Below are positions 18,601 through 27,433 of a stretch of DNA of 54,661 bases, one piece after another. Each line of letters begins with the position of its first letter. Position 1 is the first letter of the stretch. This DNA is from a virus (Duplodnaviria; Caudoviricetes). Made by a program: the position numbers and the translations under genes. The notes beneath the pieces were generated by a model that was not told the DNA's origin, did not search any database, and was given only the letters and a program-made list of their open reading frames with translations. The stretch lies in IMG/VR virus record IMGVR_UViG_3300021962_000133, positions 1 through 54,661 of that record. One strand, written 5' to 3'.

Positions 18601-20895
18601 CAAAAGAATTTTAATTATAAAGATTTTGAAACTTTAATAGATTATTTCCATAACTCTGTATTTAGGTTTATTAAAGATTTTACTCCTGGAAGAAGTAATA
18701 CAGCTACTGGTTTAATTTATAAACCACATATATTAGAAAGAAGTAAACAGGCTAGATATGAACCTTCTTATGAAACTATATTTTATACTGGTTCTATAGA
18801 AACAGAAACAATAAAAGGTGGATATGGAGGAGCATTGCCTGAAATTACTATATCATCAAGTTTGTATAATTTATACACACAAACAGGTTCAGTTCCTGTA
18901 GTTGGAAGTAATGAATATGCTTATAATGGAGAGTTAAGTGGTTCATTAATTGATGTTAATGATTATTATTTGTTTAAAAATCCATTCGCTATTCAAGGTT
19001 CTAATTTAAGTAATGTATATTACACATTCCCAGATTATGATCTATATCCACCACCATCAGGTCCTTCTATATATGATATAAATGTAAATGCTATTGGTGT
19101 TTATGTTTTAAATTTTCATTTAAATGCTTGTAATGCTGATTTAGAAGTAGAAGATGGTTTAGGAAACATAATATATAGTGTATCAGCTGGAACAGTAGGT
19201 CAATTTAATCTTACAGTTAATAATCCTGGATATTATGTTAGATTTATTAATACTGGTTTAAATGTTATTGGTGGTGGAAGAATAGGTTTAGATGTTATAG
19301 AATATTATCAACCATCTTTACTTCCTATTTTTAACCAACAGTATGAAGGATTTAACGCTGTTCAAAATAATGCTGAAGAAAATAGACTTTCTGAAAAAGC
19401 TAGATTAGTATCTTATAATGAAAATGGAACTGAAGTAACAAGTTTTGTTGAATTACAAGATGCTTTATATAATAGTTCTTTAGCTATACCTAGAATAGAT
19501 GGTACTAAAACAACTAGTGCTACTTATAATGAGTATTCTGATGGAGATACAACTTATGGTAAAACAGCTACTGTTGATAAAAGACAATCTTATTTTGCTT
19601 ATTGTGATTGGAATGGTGGATCTTTAGCTGAAAAACAAGGATCTTGGAATTACCATGTTAAATTTTTAGTTAATGAGGATGGTGTCACTTTAAATCCTAC
19701 AAATTTACTTTCGTATAATGGTGAATATAAACTAGGTTTATTTTCAAGCTTTGAATCAGGTGATGAAGTAAACGTCAGTTCAAATCCAGGATTTTCAACA
19801 GGATCAGATGCATCTACATATACTATTTTTAGACCAGGACAATTAGCTCAAACTATTATATACACAGATACAGGATCTCGTATTGGAGAAAATTATTTAA
19901 GATCTGGTTCTTTTAGTAGTATTAATTTTTATATTCCTTCTTCTTCTGTAGATGAACAAAAATTTGCTCTTACTGTTACTAGATCAGCAGACCAAAGTAT
20001 AAATTTGTCATCATGGAATGGAGAATATATACCTATCGAATTTGATGCTGTTACATTAGATGAAAAAAATGATTGGAATTTAACTAATTATCAATATACA
20101 TCTTCTTTTACTTCTGGTATTAATGCTAGAATCGCTCTACAATCAGTTATAACTAACCCAAATGCTTTACCTCTTAGTTGTTCAGCAATAATACTTAAAA
20201 ATAATAAAATTTTTGATTCAAGTTCATTTAATATACCTGCTGGAGGTACAGTTGCTCCTATATTAGCAGCTGTAAATAACAGTTGGAATATTAATGATAT
20301 TTATCAACCCGTATTACTACCTCTTACAACAACCCCAGGTTTTTATCCAACACCCTTATTATTAAAAAAATTAGCTGGTGCAGCTATATCTCAATTTAGA
20401 TTTTTTCCTTACACTGGTTCTATTACAATACAAAAAGGAGATTGTTGGTCAGTTGGAAATTCTACAAATGATACTGTGTTAACAGCTTCTGTAACTCTTG
20501 TAACTAGCCCTGGGTTAGCTAGAGTTTATGGTGGATCATATTATCAAGTTCCTTTTTCTGAATCTGGTTTTGACACTCCTCAAAAATTTACTTTACAATA
20601 TGGTGATGAAATTAGATTTATGGGTAATGAAGGTTTAGTAAGAACAATAATAAAAGTAGATTTTGATTCTAATGATGAAAAATTATTTGTTACTTTATCA
20701 GAACCTGTTAATAGTACTAAAATTGATATAGATTATTTTTCTATTAGAAGATATGTTGAAGATATTGGATTTATTATGATTAATGGAGCTGGTGGAACTA
20801 ATCCTACTTATGTATTTCCAAAATATCCAACTGAAAAATTAAAAAATAATTTATCAAAAATAATAGATGATCTTACACAGAAAGGACTACTTTAA
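15619..20895 (+). CDS. Large baseplate/tail protein with a LamG/ConA-like segment
   Basis: 1758 aa, S/T/N/Y-rich; LLKSKGT wedge-like motif; FSGSLQELRLW LamG-like motif. Confidence 0.7.
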   Translation: MGIIVTKLPSNDRILTPQEQSLVVNKEMTRKFGQPEDFIELHVYDNTDKLIRSIIPYKNYSVPNNGVTGDVDATTELSFDPAFDIQQLGFSRGSFITDYNVLRPKIYLGVERVFFIKEISSDRLELRLNSTELPNNLILSGGSSFINEFYGTPYFKEFYLNFGQNRFIPAVNIALDLSDDKYSVLIKLINPLPVEFTQNDRIGIVDKLSIDDRFSVSITIDITPPALPTLRPANFNLDTDYLVAGSTPYYNYNQITNVTSSQNPLFQRLLTYMSSSTFQINVDYTDYNNFIHFSSATERLNAFQYKINQIELYNKTITSASLSSAPASALTVTSSLNSINKIIKSFDGYENYLYFESSSYAWPKINNTKPYQLYSVSSSQVITWYSGSYNSGSIYDDNNQNYLLNALPTYITDNSSNEQLFTYISALGQMFDEIWLYIKAIVDLHQAKNKLSEGISKDLVYYALQSVGIKVYTDEDGTETFDYLYGVNQNGTYLPVTSSYQTLISSSQYQTSGQDQIKSFYKRLYNNLPALLKSKGTNKFADYLSTVYGIPDTILRPLEFGGTDKNESTVEYSFDRFTYTLQVSGSQYIYTPWTTLSSSYVDSVYSDKSINAFEFRFKPFENSYIPPTQSLAVIRNFNTNNDPVVGVTLTKYITGSYNYGVVKLYMDNNGGGSTTTYATLSLDPLPIFVTNSLGEYNWYNILVQRVLGSDTSYVDSGYVNSGYVLDDSDYLYNIYVKNEVGGEIGHQASGSLTGSVEITDIAWSGSTTKQLVIGGYDITPNNSIFGNRFSGSLQELRLWGVPLSQSKFNHHVLNPESFEGNDTTSPYDKLVGRFPLGNDLYTYNHSLTTKVYGVQPNISMAYSSSAYTTSSYISASGFLNQNNYASFKETYYTNPAISTYTSPVTSKIDIVSSSVYGDILTLNHSIVQSPILTNTTDIHLYQFGFSPQDEINEDIIAHLGTTYNIDDIIGNPEEASSTSYEDLTLLQNKYFKKYQKNFNYKDFETLIDYFHNSVFRFIKDFTPGRSNTATGLIYKPHILERSKQARYEPSYETIFYTGSIETETIKGGYGGALPEITISSSLYNLYTQTGSVPVVGSNEYAYNGELSGSLIDVNDYYLFKNPFAIQGSNLSNVYYTFPDYDLYPPPSGPSIYDINVNAIGVYVLNFHLNACNADLEVEDGLGNIIYSVSAGTVGQFNLTVNNPGYYVRFINTGLNVIGGGRIGLDVIEYYQPSLLPIFNQQYEGFNAVQNNAEENRLSEKARLVSYNENGTEVTSFVELQDALYNSSLAIPRIDGTKTTSATYNEYSDGDTTYGKTATVDKRQSYFAYCDWNGGSLAEKQGSWNYHVKFLVNEDGVTLNPTNLLSYNGEYKLGLFSSFESGDEVNVSSNPGFSTGSDASTYTIFRPGQLAQTIIYTDTGSRIGENYLRSGSFSSINFYIPSSSVDEQKFALTVTRSADQSINLSSWNGEYIPIEFDAVTLDEKNDWNLTNYQYTSSFTSGINARIALQSVITNPNALPLSCSAIILKNNKIFDSSSFNIPAGGTVAPILAAVNNSWNINDIYQPVLLPLTTTPGFYPTPLLLKKLAGAAISQFRFFPYTGSITIQKGDCWSVGNSTNDTVLTASVTLVTSPGLARVYGGSYYQVPFSESGFDTPQKFTLQYGDEIRFMGNEGLVRTIIKVDFDSNDEKLFVTLSEPVNSTKIDIDYFSIRRYVEDIGFIMINGAGGTNPTYVFPKYPTEKLKNNLSKIIDDLTQKGLL

Positions 20896-20918
20896 TATAT
20901 TTATAATAAAAATACAAA

Positions 20919-21599
20919 ATGGCTTTTTTAAATAACCAATACATTACTATTGATGCTGTATTAACAAAGAAAGGTCGTGAGTTATTAGCTCGCAACGATG
21001 GTTCTTTTAGAATAACACAATTTTCATTAGCAGATGATGAAATTGATTATACTTTGTATAATCCAAATCATCCTTCCGGATCAGCTTTTTATGGAGAAGC
21101 TATTGAAGCGATGCCTTTATTAGAAGCATTTATAGATAATACTCAAGATATGAAATACCAACTTGTTACTCTTCCTAGAGGTACAAGCAAACTACCAGTT
21201 CTTAGTATTTCTCAAGGTTCTATATCCTTAACTCAAGGAGCTCAAACAACAATTTCACCACAAACTTTAAATTATTTAGGTGCTGCTGGTGCAACTGTTG
21301 AAACATCTGGTTATACAGCCATTTTAGGTGATAGTAGAGTATGTTCATCATTTGTTGGTGTTGGTATAGATACAACAAATATTAATTTAAGTTCTTTAGT
21401 ACCTGTTACAAGTGGTGTAGCTATTTCATCAGCTCAAGTAGGTACTTCATTTACATTTGTAGCTGGAACAGCTAATGACTCATTATTCCCAGGAGGTTCA
21501 AGTGCTGTTACAGGAACTCAATACACTACTACAGTAACATTTATTGGTAGAGACTCAGGAGCTAGAATAACTATTCCATTTATATTAAAGAAAAAATAA
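20919..21599 (+). CDS. Baseplate/tail-collar protein
   Basis: AVLTKKGRELLA...ITQFSLAD resembles fibre-collar N-termini. Confidence 0.6.
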   Translation: MAFLNNQYITIDAVLTKKGRELLARNDGSFRITQFSLADDEIDYTLYNPNHPSGSAFYGEAIEAMPLLEAFIDNTQDMKYQLVTLPRGTSKLPVLSISQGSISLTQGAQTTISPQTLNYLGAAGATVETSGYTAILGDSRVCSSFVGVGIDTTNINLSSLVPVTSGVAISSAQVGTSFTFVAGTANDSLFPGGSSAVTGTQYTTTVTFIGRDSGARITIPFILKKK

Positions 21600-21606
21600 T
21601 TAAATA

Positions 21607-22644
21607 ATGTCATTTACACAATTTGCCCCAGATGATTCAGTTACAAGTAACCAGGAAGTAGTTACTCCATTATGGAGTAGTGGTAATGTTACGGCTTCTG
21701 CTTTTTTCACATCTTCAACTCAAGAAGCTACAACTCAAGGAGATTTTTATTTAAATGTATATTTAGAAAATCCAACTGTAAATCCAAGTGCTAGTGTACA
21801 AATGGCTTTAACCTTTGGAGATAGTAGAGGTTCAGGATCAGCTTATTTTAACCCTGCTGTTAATGGTTATTCTCCTACTCGTGATGTTTATGGTCAATTT
21901 AGAACTTTAATTTTAGGAGATGAAAATTCTAAATTTACTTTTGATACATTAACATCAGGATCTGATCAAATAGCTGTTATATCATTTGCTAGAAGTCAAT
22001 ATAAACAATCTTTATATGGTGGTAGTTTAACTTTAGTATTAAGTGGAAGTGGAAATAATAAATTAACATTAACTGATAATTCTCAAACTCAAACCACAGC
22101 TGAATTTATCCAAACTAGTCAATATTACACATTAATTTCAGGTTCTCAAGGTACAGCAGCTAACCAAATATCTTTACCTAGTGGTTCTTATGGGTATGTT
22201 TTTCCAAGTGAAGGTTTAATTATATTAAATGCTTTAGCTTTACAACAACCAACAGCTAGTGGTGGTTTAGCAGTAACTTGGAACTCTCAGTCAAATGCTA
22301 CAGTTTATTCAGCAAACCCAGATTATAATTATAATAATAGAATTTTATTTGATTTAATTAAAAAAGGAGAAAATTTTAGAATTCAAGCTAGTGAAACAAT
22401 ATCATCTAGATATTTTTTCTGTAGAGTTAAAAATGCTGAGTATAATTTCACAAGTAACCCAACTATTATAGATTCAAATGGTAATTTACTATATGCTACA
22501 TTAATTAATAGTCCTGTAACATATCCAACAACAGTTGGTTTATATAATAACACTGGTGATTTATTAGCTGTGGCTAAAATGAGTAAACCATTACAAAAAG
22601 ATTTTACTAAAGAAGCTCTTATTAGAGTTAAGTTAGATTATTAA
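21607..22644 (+). CDS. Baseplate/tail structural protein
   Basis: C-terminal TTVGLYNNTGDLLAVAKMSKP. Confidence 0.65.
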   Translation: MSFTQFAPDDSVTSNQEVVTPLWSSGNVTASAFFTSSTQEATTQGDFYLNVYLENPTVNPSASVQMALTFGDSRGSGSAYFNPAVNGYSPTRDVYGQFRTLILGDENSKFTFDTLTSGSDQIAVISFARSQYKQSLYGGSLTLVLSGSGNNKLTLTDNSQTQTTAEFIQTSQYYTLISGSQGTAANQISLPSGSYGYVFPSEGLIILNALALQQPTASGGLAVTWNSQSNATVYSANPDYNYNNRILFDLIKKGENFRIQASETISSRYFFCRVKNAEYNFTSNPTIIDSNGNLLYATLINSPVTYPTTVGLYNNTGDLLAVAKMSKPLQKDFTKEALIRVKLDY

Positions 22645-22650
22645 TATGAT

Positions 22651-23604
22651 ATGGCTTATACATCATGGAAAAGACTAAATACAGGAGATGTATTCACAGT
22701 TCCTTATACAGCTAATAAGTATTATTATATACCATCATCAAATTTTTCATCTAGTCAAGTAATAATAAATGTAGGTATTAATACTACAAATTCATTTGAC
22801 ATTTCTACAAGTTATAAAACAAATAATGAATATGATTTTCTAGTTTATAGAAGCATACTAGTAAATTACTACCCAGAATTTTATAACCAATTTCACTCTA
22901 CAGGTTCTATTAAACAAACAACTTATTTAGATGGAACTCAAACTACAACTCCTCCAACAGGTGCTTTTGTAATAGAAGGAAATGTAATAACAACAGAAAA
23001 GTATTATCCAACATCATCAAATAGTGGTAGTATTTTAGTTATTAATACTCCTAAAAATTTAATAGGAAATAAAATTACTCCTGGTACTTTTATAATTACT
23101 ATAGATAGTGGTTCAATTTATGATGATGGTCAATATAATTTATTATGGAGTGGTTCTAATGTTAGTTCATCCATAGGTACAGTATTATCACAATCATCAT
23201 ATGTTGGAAATGTATTTTATGAACAGGGTATATCTATTCTAACAGTAATACCAAATGCTATATCTCAAACTTATACTGTTGGAACTCTTCCAACTAGAAG
23301 TTTAGTTACTAATATAGATTCTATAGAATTTAAAAATAATTATACAATTTATGAAAACTTTGTAAAATGTACAATTAAAGATTATGAATTTAATGCTAGT
23401 TATAATCCAACATTATTAACTAGTAGCACAAATAATAATGATACTTTATTAAATTTTGCTACCTCTTCAGAATTTGCCCCATATGCTGGAGCTGTAGGTT
23501 TATATAATGACACTCAAGATTTATTAGCTATAGCCAAACTTACAAATCCAATTCCAATTTCATCTAATACAGATACAACATTTTTAATAACATACGATAC
23601 TTAA
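22651..23604 (+). CDS. Baseplate/tail structural protein, paralog of 21607..22644
   Basis: C-terminal EFNASYNPT...VGLYNDTQDLLAIAKLTNP. Confidence 0.65.
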   Translation: MAYTSWKRLNTGDVFTVPYTANKYYYIPSSNFSSSQVIINVGINTTNSFDISTSYKTNNEYDFLVYRSILVNYYPEFYNQFHSTGSIKQTTYLDGTQTTTPPTGAFVIEGNVITTEKYYPTSSNSGSILVINTPKNLIGNKITPGTFIITIDSGSIYDDGQYNLLWSGSNVSSSIGTVLSQSSYVGNVFYEQGISILTVIPNAISQTYTVGTLPTRSLVTNIDSIEFKNNYTIYENFVKCTIKDYEFNASYNPTLLTSSTNNNDTLLNFATSSEFAPYAGAVGLYNDTQDLLAIAKLTNPIPISSNTDTTFLITYDT

Positions 23605-23605
23605 C

Positions 23606-24034
23606 ATGATAACAGAATTTTGGGTCCATACAGACAACTTTAACCCAGCTGATTATTTTGGATTTGTTTACATTATCAAAAACAAAAATAACAACAAAAT
23701 ATATGTAGGTAAAAAGGTTTTTTGGAATAATGTCAAAACAAAACTAACTAAAAAAGAATTAGCAGAACAAATAGGACCTGGTCGAAAACCAACTACTAAA
23801 ATAACTCAAAAAGAATCTAATTGGAAACTTTATTGGGGTAGTTCAAAAGATCTTACAGAAGACTTAAAAACACAAGGAACAAGTAATTTTGAAAAAAAGA
23901 TATTAAAATTATGTAAAACTAAAAAAGAAATGACTTTTTTTGAAATGTATTATCAATGTAAATATGATGTTTTAACTACTAGCAGTTACAATGATAACAT
24001 TTTAGGAAAGTTCTATAGAAAAGACTTTTTATAA
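23606..24034 (+). CDS. GIY-YIG endonuclease
   Basis: GFVYII...IYVGKK, YWGSS, catalytic-type E and YN. Confidence 0.85.
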   Translation: MITEFWVHTDNFNPADYFGFVYIIKNKNNNKIYVGKKVFWNNVKTKLTKKELAEQIGPGRKPTTKITQKESNWKLYWGSSKDLTEDLKTQGTSNFEKKILKLCKTKKEMTFFEMYYQCKYDVLTTSSYNDNILGKFYRKDFL

Positions 24035-24045
24035 TATTTAAAGTT

Positions 24046-24078
24046 AAGCTTGGAAAACCAAGCTTTTTTTATTATGTT
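24046..24078 (+). terminator. Terminator hairpin overlapping an early-type promoter
   Basis: AAGCTTGG-AAAA-CCAAGCTT plus T run; TTGG(24050)-N19-TATGTT(24073). Confidence 0.7.
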
Positions 24079-24085
24079 ATGACTA

Positions 24086-25009
24086 ATGGAGAATATACTT
24101 TTATTAAATACACTTGAATCTGTTTTAGGTAAAGGACTTAGAACATCAAAAGGTAATTATTCTTTCCATTGTCCTTTTTGTAATCATAGAAAACCTAAAT
24201 TAGAAGTAAATATTGTCACAACATTAAAAGGTGAAAATCCTTATAATTGTTGGGTTTGTCATACAAAAGGTAGATCTGTTTTAACCTTATTTAAAAAAAT
24301 AAATGTACCTAAAGATAAAATTATTGAGTTATCTTCTATAGTTAAAACATCTCCAAAACAAGAAATTATTGAAGATATTAATATAGTTAAATTACCCAAA
24401 GAATTTAAATCATTAATTGGTGATAAAACATTTGAAGGAAGACATGCTAAAGCATATCTTAAAAAAAGAGGTATAATAGATGAAGATATTATAAAATATA
24501 ATATAGGATATAGTACAAATGGAAGATACAATGACAGTGTTATAATACCTAGTTACAACTCAGAGTATAAATTAAACTATTTTATCTCCAGAAAAATAAT
24601 AGATAGTAATAGAAAATATGATTCTCCTAAATGTGATAAAAATGCTATTATAGGTTTAGAATCAAATGTAAATTGGAAAACACCAATTATATTATGTGAA
24701 GGTATATTTGATGCTATAGCTATTAAACGTAATGCTATACCATTATTTGGTAAAACAATATCTAATGCTCTAATGAAAAAACTTGTTGAAAGTGAAACAA
24801 AAACAGTTTATTTAGCATTGGATCAAGATGCAATTAAAGATTCTTTAGACCATGCTATGACATTATTAAATTATGGTAAAAGTGTTTATTTAGTTGAAAT
24901 GGAAGGTAAAGATCCATCTGAATTAGGTTTTGAAAAGTTTACAAAATTGTTACATAATGCTCATGAATTAACTTTAGTTGATCTCATGATTCAAAAAATT
25001 AACTTATGA
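24086..25009 (+). CDS. DNA primase (Zn finger + TOPRIM)
   Basis: CPFC...CWVC; LCEGIFDA; LALDQDA; KDP. Confidence 0.9.
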   Translation: MENILLLNTLESVLGKGLRTSKGNYSFHCPFCNHRKPKLEVNIVTTLKGENPYNCWVCHTKGRSVLTLFKKINVPKDKIIELSSIVKTSPKQEIIEDINIVKLPKEFKSLIGDKTFEGRHAKAYLKKRGIIDEDIIKYNIGYSTNGRYNDSVIIPSYNSEYKLNYFISRKIIDSNRKYDSPKCDKNAIIGLESNVNWKTPIILCEGIFDAIAIKRNAIPLFGKTISNALMKKLVESETKTVYLALDQDAIKDSLDHAMTLLNYGKSVYLVEMEGKDPSELGFEKFTKLLHNAHELTLVDLMIQKINL

Positions 25010-25785
25010 TAGAAAAAGGAAACAACATCCACAAACACCCCCAATTAAAACGTATTGTGGAACACAATGGTGAACAAATTAATTTTTTAGACCAAAGATT
25101 TTACAAAACAGAAACAGGTGAATATTATCCATCAGTAACTTCTATTTTAAATTTTTATCCAAAAAATGGATTTTTCCATGCTTGGTTAAAAGATGTAGGA
25201 CATAATTCAGATATTATAGCTAGAAAAGCAGCTGATGAAGGTACACAAGTACATAATGCTATTGAATCTTTTTTAGAAGGTAAAGAAATTAAATGGATGG
25301 ATGATAAAGGACATGCTATATATAATTTAGATGTTTGGAGAATGATTTTAAGATTTTCAGACTTTTGGAAAACATACACTCCAGAATTAATAGCCTCAGA
25401 AATTCATTTATTATCTCATGAGCATAAGTACGCTGGTACTTGTGATTTAGTAGTCAAATTAAATGATAAAGTTTGGTTATTAGATATAAAAACATCAAAC
25501 TCATTACATACTAGTTATAATCTACAATTATCAGCTTATGCTAAAGCATGGAATGAAAAATATGATGACAAAATTGAAGAAACAGGAATCATATGGCTTA
25601 AATCAAGTAAACGTGGTTCAAAAGAAGGAAAATTACAAGGTAATGGATGGGAAATTATTCAAGGTGATAAAACTGTTGATGAATATTTTACAATGTTTAA
25701 AAACATTTACGAAATTTACTTACTTGAAAATCCTAATCAAAAACCAATATTTGAATCATATCCTACAAGTATTAAATTAGGTTAA
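25006..25785 (+). CDS. PD-(D/E)XK exonuclease (Cas4-like superfamily)
   Basis: YPSVTSIL, GTQVH, AGTCD...LDIKTS, QLSAY. Confidence 0.85.
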   Translation: MIEKGNNIHKHPQLKRIVEHNGEQINFLDQRFYKTETGEYYPSVTSILNFYPKNGFFHAWLKDVGHNSDIIARKAADEGTQVHNAIESFLEGKEIKWMDDKGHAIYNLDVWRMILRFSDFWKTYTPELIASEIHLLSHEHKYAGTCDLVVKLNDKVWLLDIKTSNSLHTSYNLQLSAYAKAWNEKYDDKIEETGIIWLKSSKRGSKEGKLQGNGWEIIQGDKTVDEYFTMFKNIYEIYLLENPNQKPIFESYPTSIKLG

Positions 25786-25797
25786 TATTTATAGTTA

Positions 25798-26556
25798 ATG
25801 ATACGTCTAATTAACTTACTATTAGAAATAAACAATCAACCTAAAGCTATATTTCTAGCAGGTCCAGCTGGATCTGGTAAGTCTTATATATCAAAACAAT
25901 TAATACCTTCAACTATGCAAGTTATTAATGTTGATAATACTTATGAAGAACTACTTAAAAAAAGTGGTTTAGGCATGAAACAAAAAGATTTCACACCAGA
26001 TGAATTGTCTCAAGCAGCTAAATTAATGGGACAAGCTCAATCAGTGACTAGAGAAAAATATGCTAAAGCTTTAGAATCACTTCAAAATGTTGTTATTGAT
26101 GGTACTGGTGCTGCTTCTAAACCATTAATAAAAAAGAAAGTTGAATTAGAAAATCTTGGATACAAAACTATGATGATTATGATTTATGTTTCTCCATTAA
26201 CTTCATTACAAAGAAATTCTGAAAGAGATAGATCATTAATGCCATCTATTGTTTTAAGAACTTGGAGAGATGTTAATAAAAATATTGAATTATATAAAAA
26301 AGAATTTGGAAATAATTTTACATTAATTAATAATAACCCAGAAGAAACTAATTTAGGATTTTCAAAAGAATTAGTATCTCCTTATTTCCAAGATTCTAAA
26401 GCTAAATCTGGTAAAGAAAAATCACCAGAAGAAATTGAAAAAAAGAAAAAAGAAATTGAACAAATGAATCAAGATATTGAACAATTAGTAAAAAATCTCC
26501 CTAAATTTGATTCAATTGAAACAGCTAAATCTAAAATACAATCATTTCTGCAATAA
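25798..26556 (+). CDS. P-loop kinase (zeta-toxin/AAA_33-like) with MIRLINLLLE leader
   Basis: LAGPAGSGKS, INVD, VIDGTG, RNSERDR lid. Confidence 0.8.
   Translation: MIRLINLLLEINNQPKAIFLAGPAGSGKSYISKQLIPSTMQVINVDNTYEELLKKSGLGMKQKDFTPDELSQAAKLMGQAQSVTREKYAKALESLQNVVIDGTGAASKPLIKKKVELENLGYKTMMIMIYVSPLTSLQRNSERDRSLMPSIVLRTWRDVNKNIELYKKEFGNNFTLINNNPEETNLGFSKELVSPYFQDSKAKSGKEKSPEEIEKKKKEIEQMNQDIEQLVKNLPKFDSIETAKSKIQSFLQ
26470..26556 (+). repeat. 87-bp imperfect direct repeat, copy 1 (kinase 3' end)
   Basis: CAAGATATTGAACAATTAGTAAAAAATCT...; matches 27347-27433. Confidence 0.9.
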
Positions 26557-26582
26557 ACAATATTTATGACATATTAATAATC

Positions 26583-27260
26583 ATGGAAAAACAAATTTTA
26601 TCTAAAGAATTTTTAAAAATGCAAAAATTGGCTGGTTTAATTACTGAAAGTCAATTTAAACAATTAACTGAGCTTAAACAAGGGGATAAATTTAAAGGAG
26701 GTTTTGTATTGGCTTCAAATGATGATAATGATATTCCAGATACTGAATTTCAAGAATTATTAAAACTATCTAAGGATAAGGGTGTTACTAAAGATAATTT
26801 TGTAGTTATTTCTACAATAAATGATGAAAGGGTAAGGATTGATGGAGATTATAGTGGTAAACAGTTGGTATACTTAATAAAAAACAAACCTGAAATCTAT
26901 CAAATTAAAAATCCATCTTTAGTTAATGAAGTACGTACATCTTATCGAAAAGGTGATGATATATTTGATATTATAGATGCTGATGTTCTCCAACCAGACA
27001 TAGAGAAATATAGTTCGAAAAGTAGTGAATTGTTTGATGAACCTGGAATAGATAGATATAAAGGAGGTGTTGGATTTAAAACAGGCCGTCAAAAGGATAG
27101 AAATGGAAATTTTACATATACAGAAGAACAAAAAGAAAATTATTTGAAATATTTAAAGAAAAAAGTAGATGAAGGAAATGAAGTAGCTCAAGAGTTATTT
27201 AAAATAGCTAAAAAACTTCCTGAAGTACAATATCTTGTTAAACGATTAAACCTTAATTAA
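26583..27260 (+). CDS. Hypothetical protein with scaffold-like KMQKLAGLITE N-terminus
   Basis: 225 aa; own ATATTTAT motif and downstream terminator. Confidence 0.8.
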   Translation: MEKQILSKEFLKMQKLAGLITESQFKQLTELKQGDKFKGGFVLASNDDNDIPDTEFQELLKLSKDKGVTKDNFVVISTINDERVRIDGDYSGKQLVYLIKNKPEIYQIKNPSLVNEVRTSYRKGDDIFDIIDADVLQPDIEKYSSKSSELFDEPGIDRYKGGVGFKTGRQKDRNGNFTYTEEQKENYLKYLKKKVDEGNEVAQELFKIAKKLPEVQYLVKRLNLN

Positions 27261-27301
27261 TTTTTTATACAACATATAATAAAAAATCTTTAAAAGAAAG
27301 A

Positions 27302-27336
27302 GCTTGGTTATCCAAGCCTTTTTTGTTATATTTATA
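27302..27336 (+). terminator. Terminator overlapping both promoter motifs
   Basis: GCTTGG-TTAT-CCAAGC plus T run; TTGG(27304)-N19-TATATT(27327); ATATTTATA at 27328. Confidence 0.7.
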
Positions 27337-27346
27337 ATAAATTATA

Positions 27347-27433
27347 CAAGATATTGAACAATTAGTAAAAAATCTTCCTAAATTTGATTCAATCAGTACA
27401 GCTAAATCTAAAATACAAACATTTTTAAAATGA
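27347..27433 (+). repeat. 87-bp imperfect direct repeat, copy 2 (orphan kinase 3' end)
   Basis: Encodes QDIEQLVKNLPKFDSISTAKSKIQTFLK*; its TGA overlaps ATG 27430. Confidence 0.9.

Noticed and set aside
23606-24034. Intron-encoded homing endonuclease
   Set aside because: It is free-standing, interrupts no gene, and no intron structure is visible.
25006-25785. CRISPR-associated Cas4
   Set aside because: It lacks the Fe-S cysteine set and sits beside the primase, consistent with an ordinary phage exonuclease.
25798-27260. Zeta/epsilon toxin-antitoxin pair
   Set aside because: Only generic P-loop kinase motifs are present, and the neighbouring gene appears to be a separately inserted cassette.
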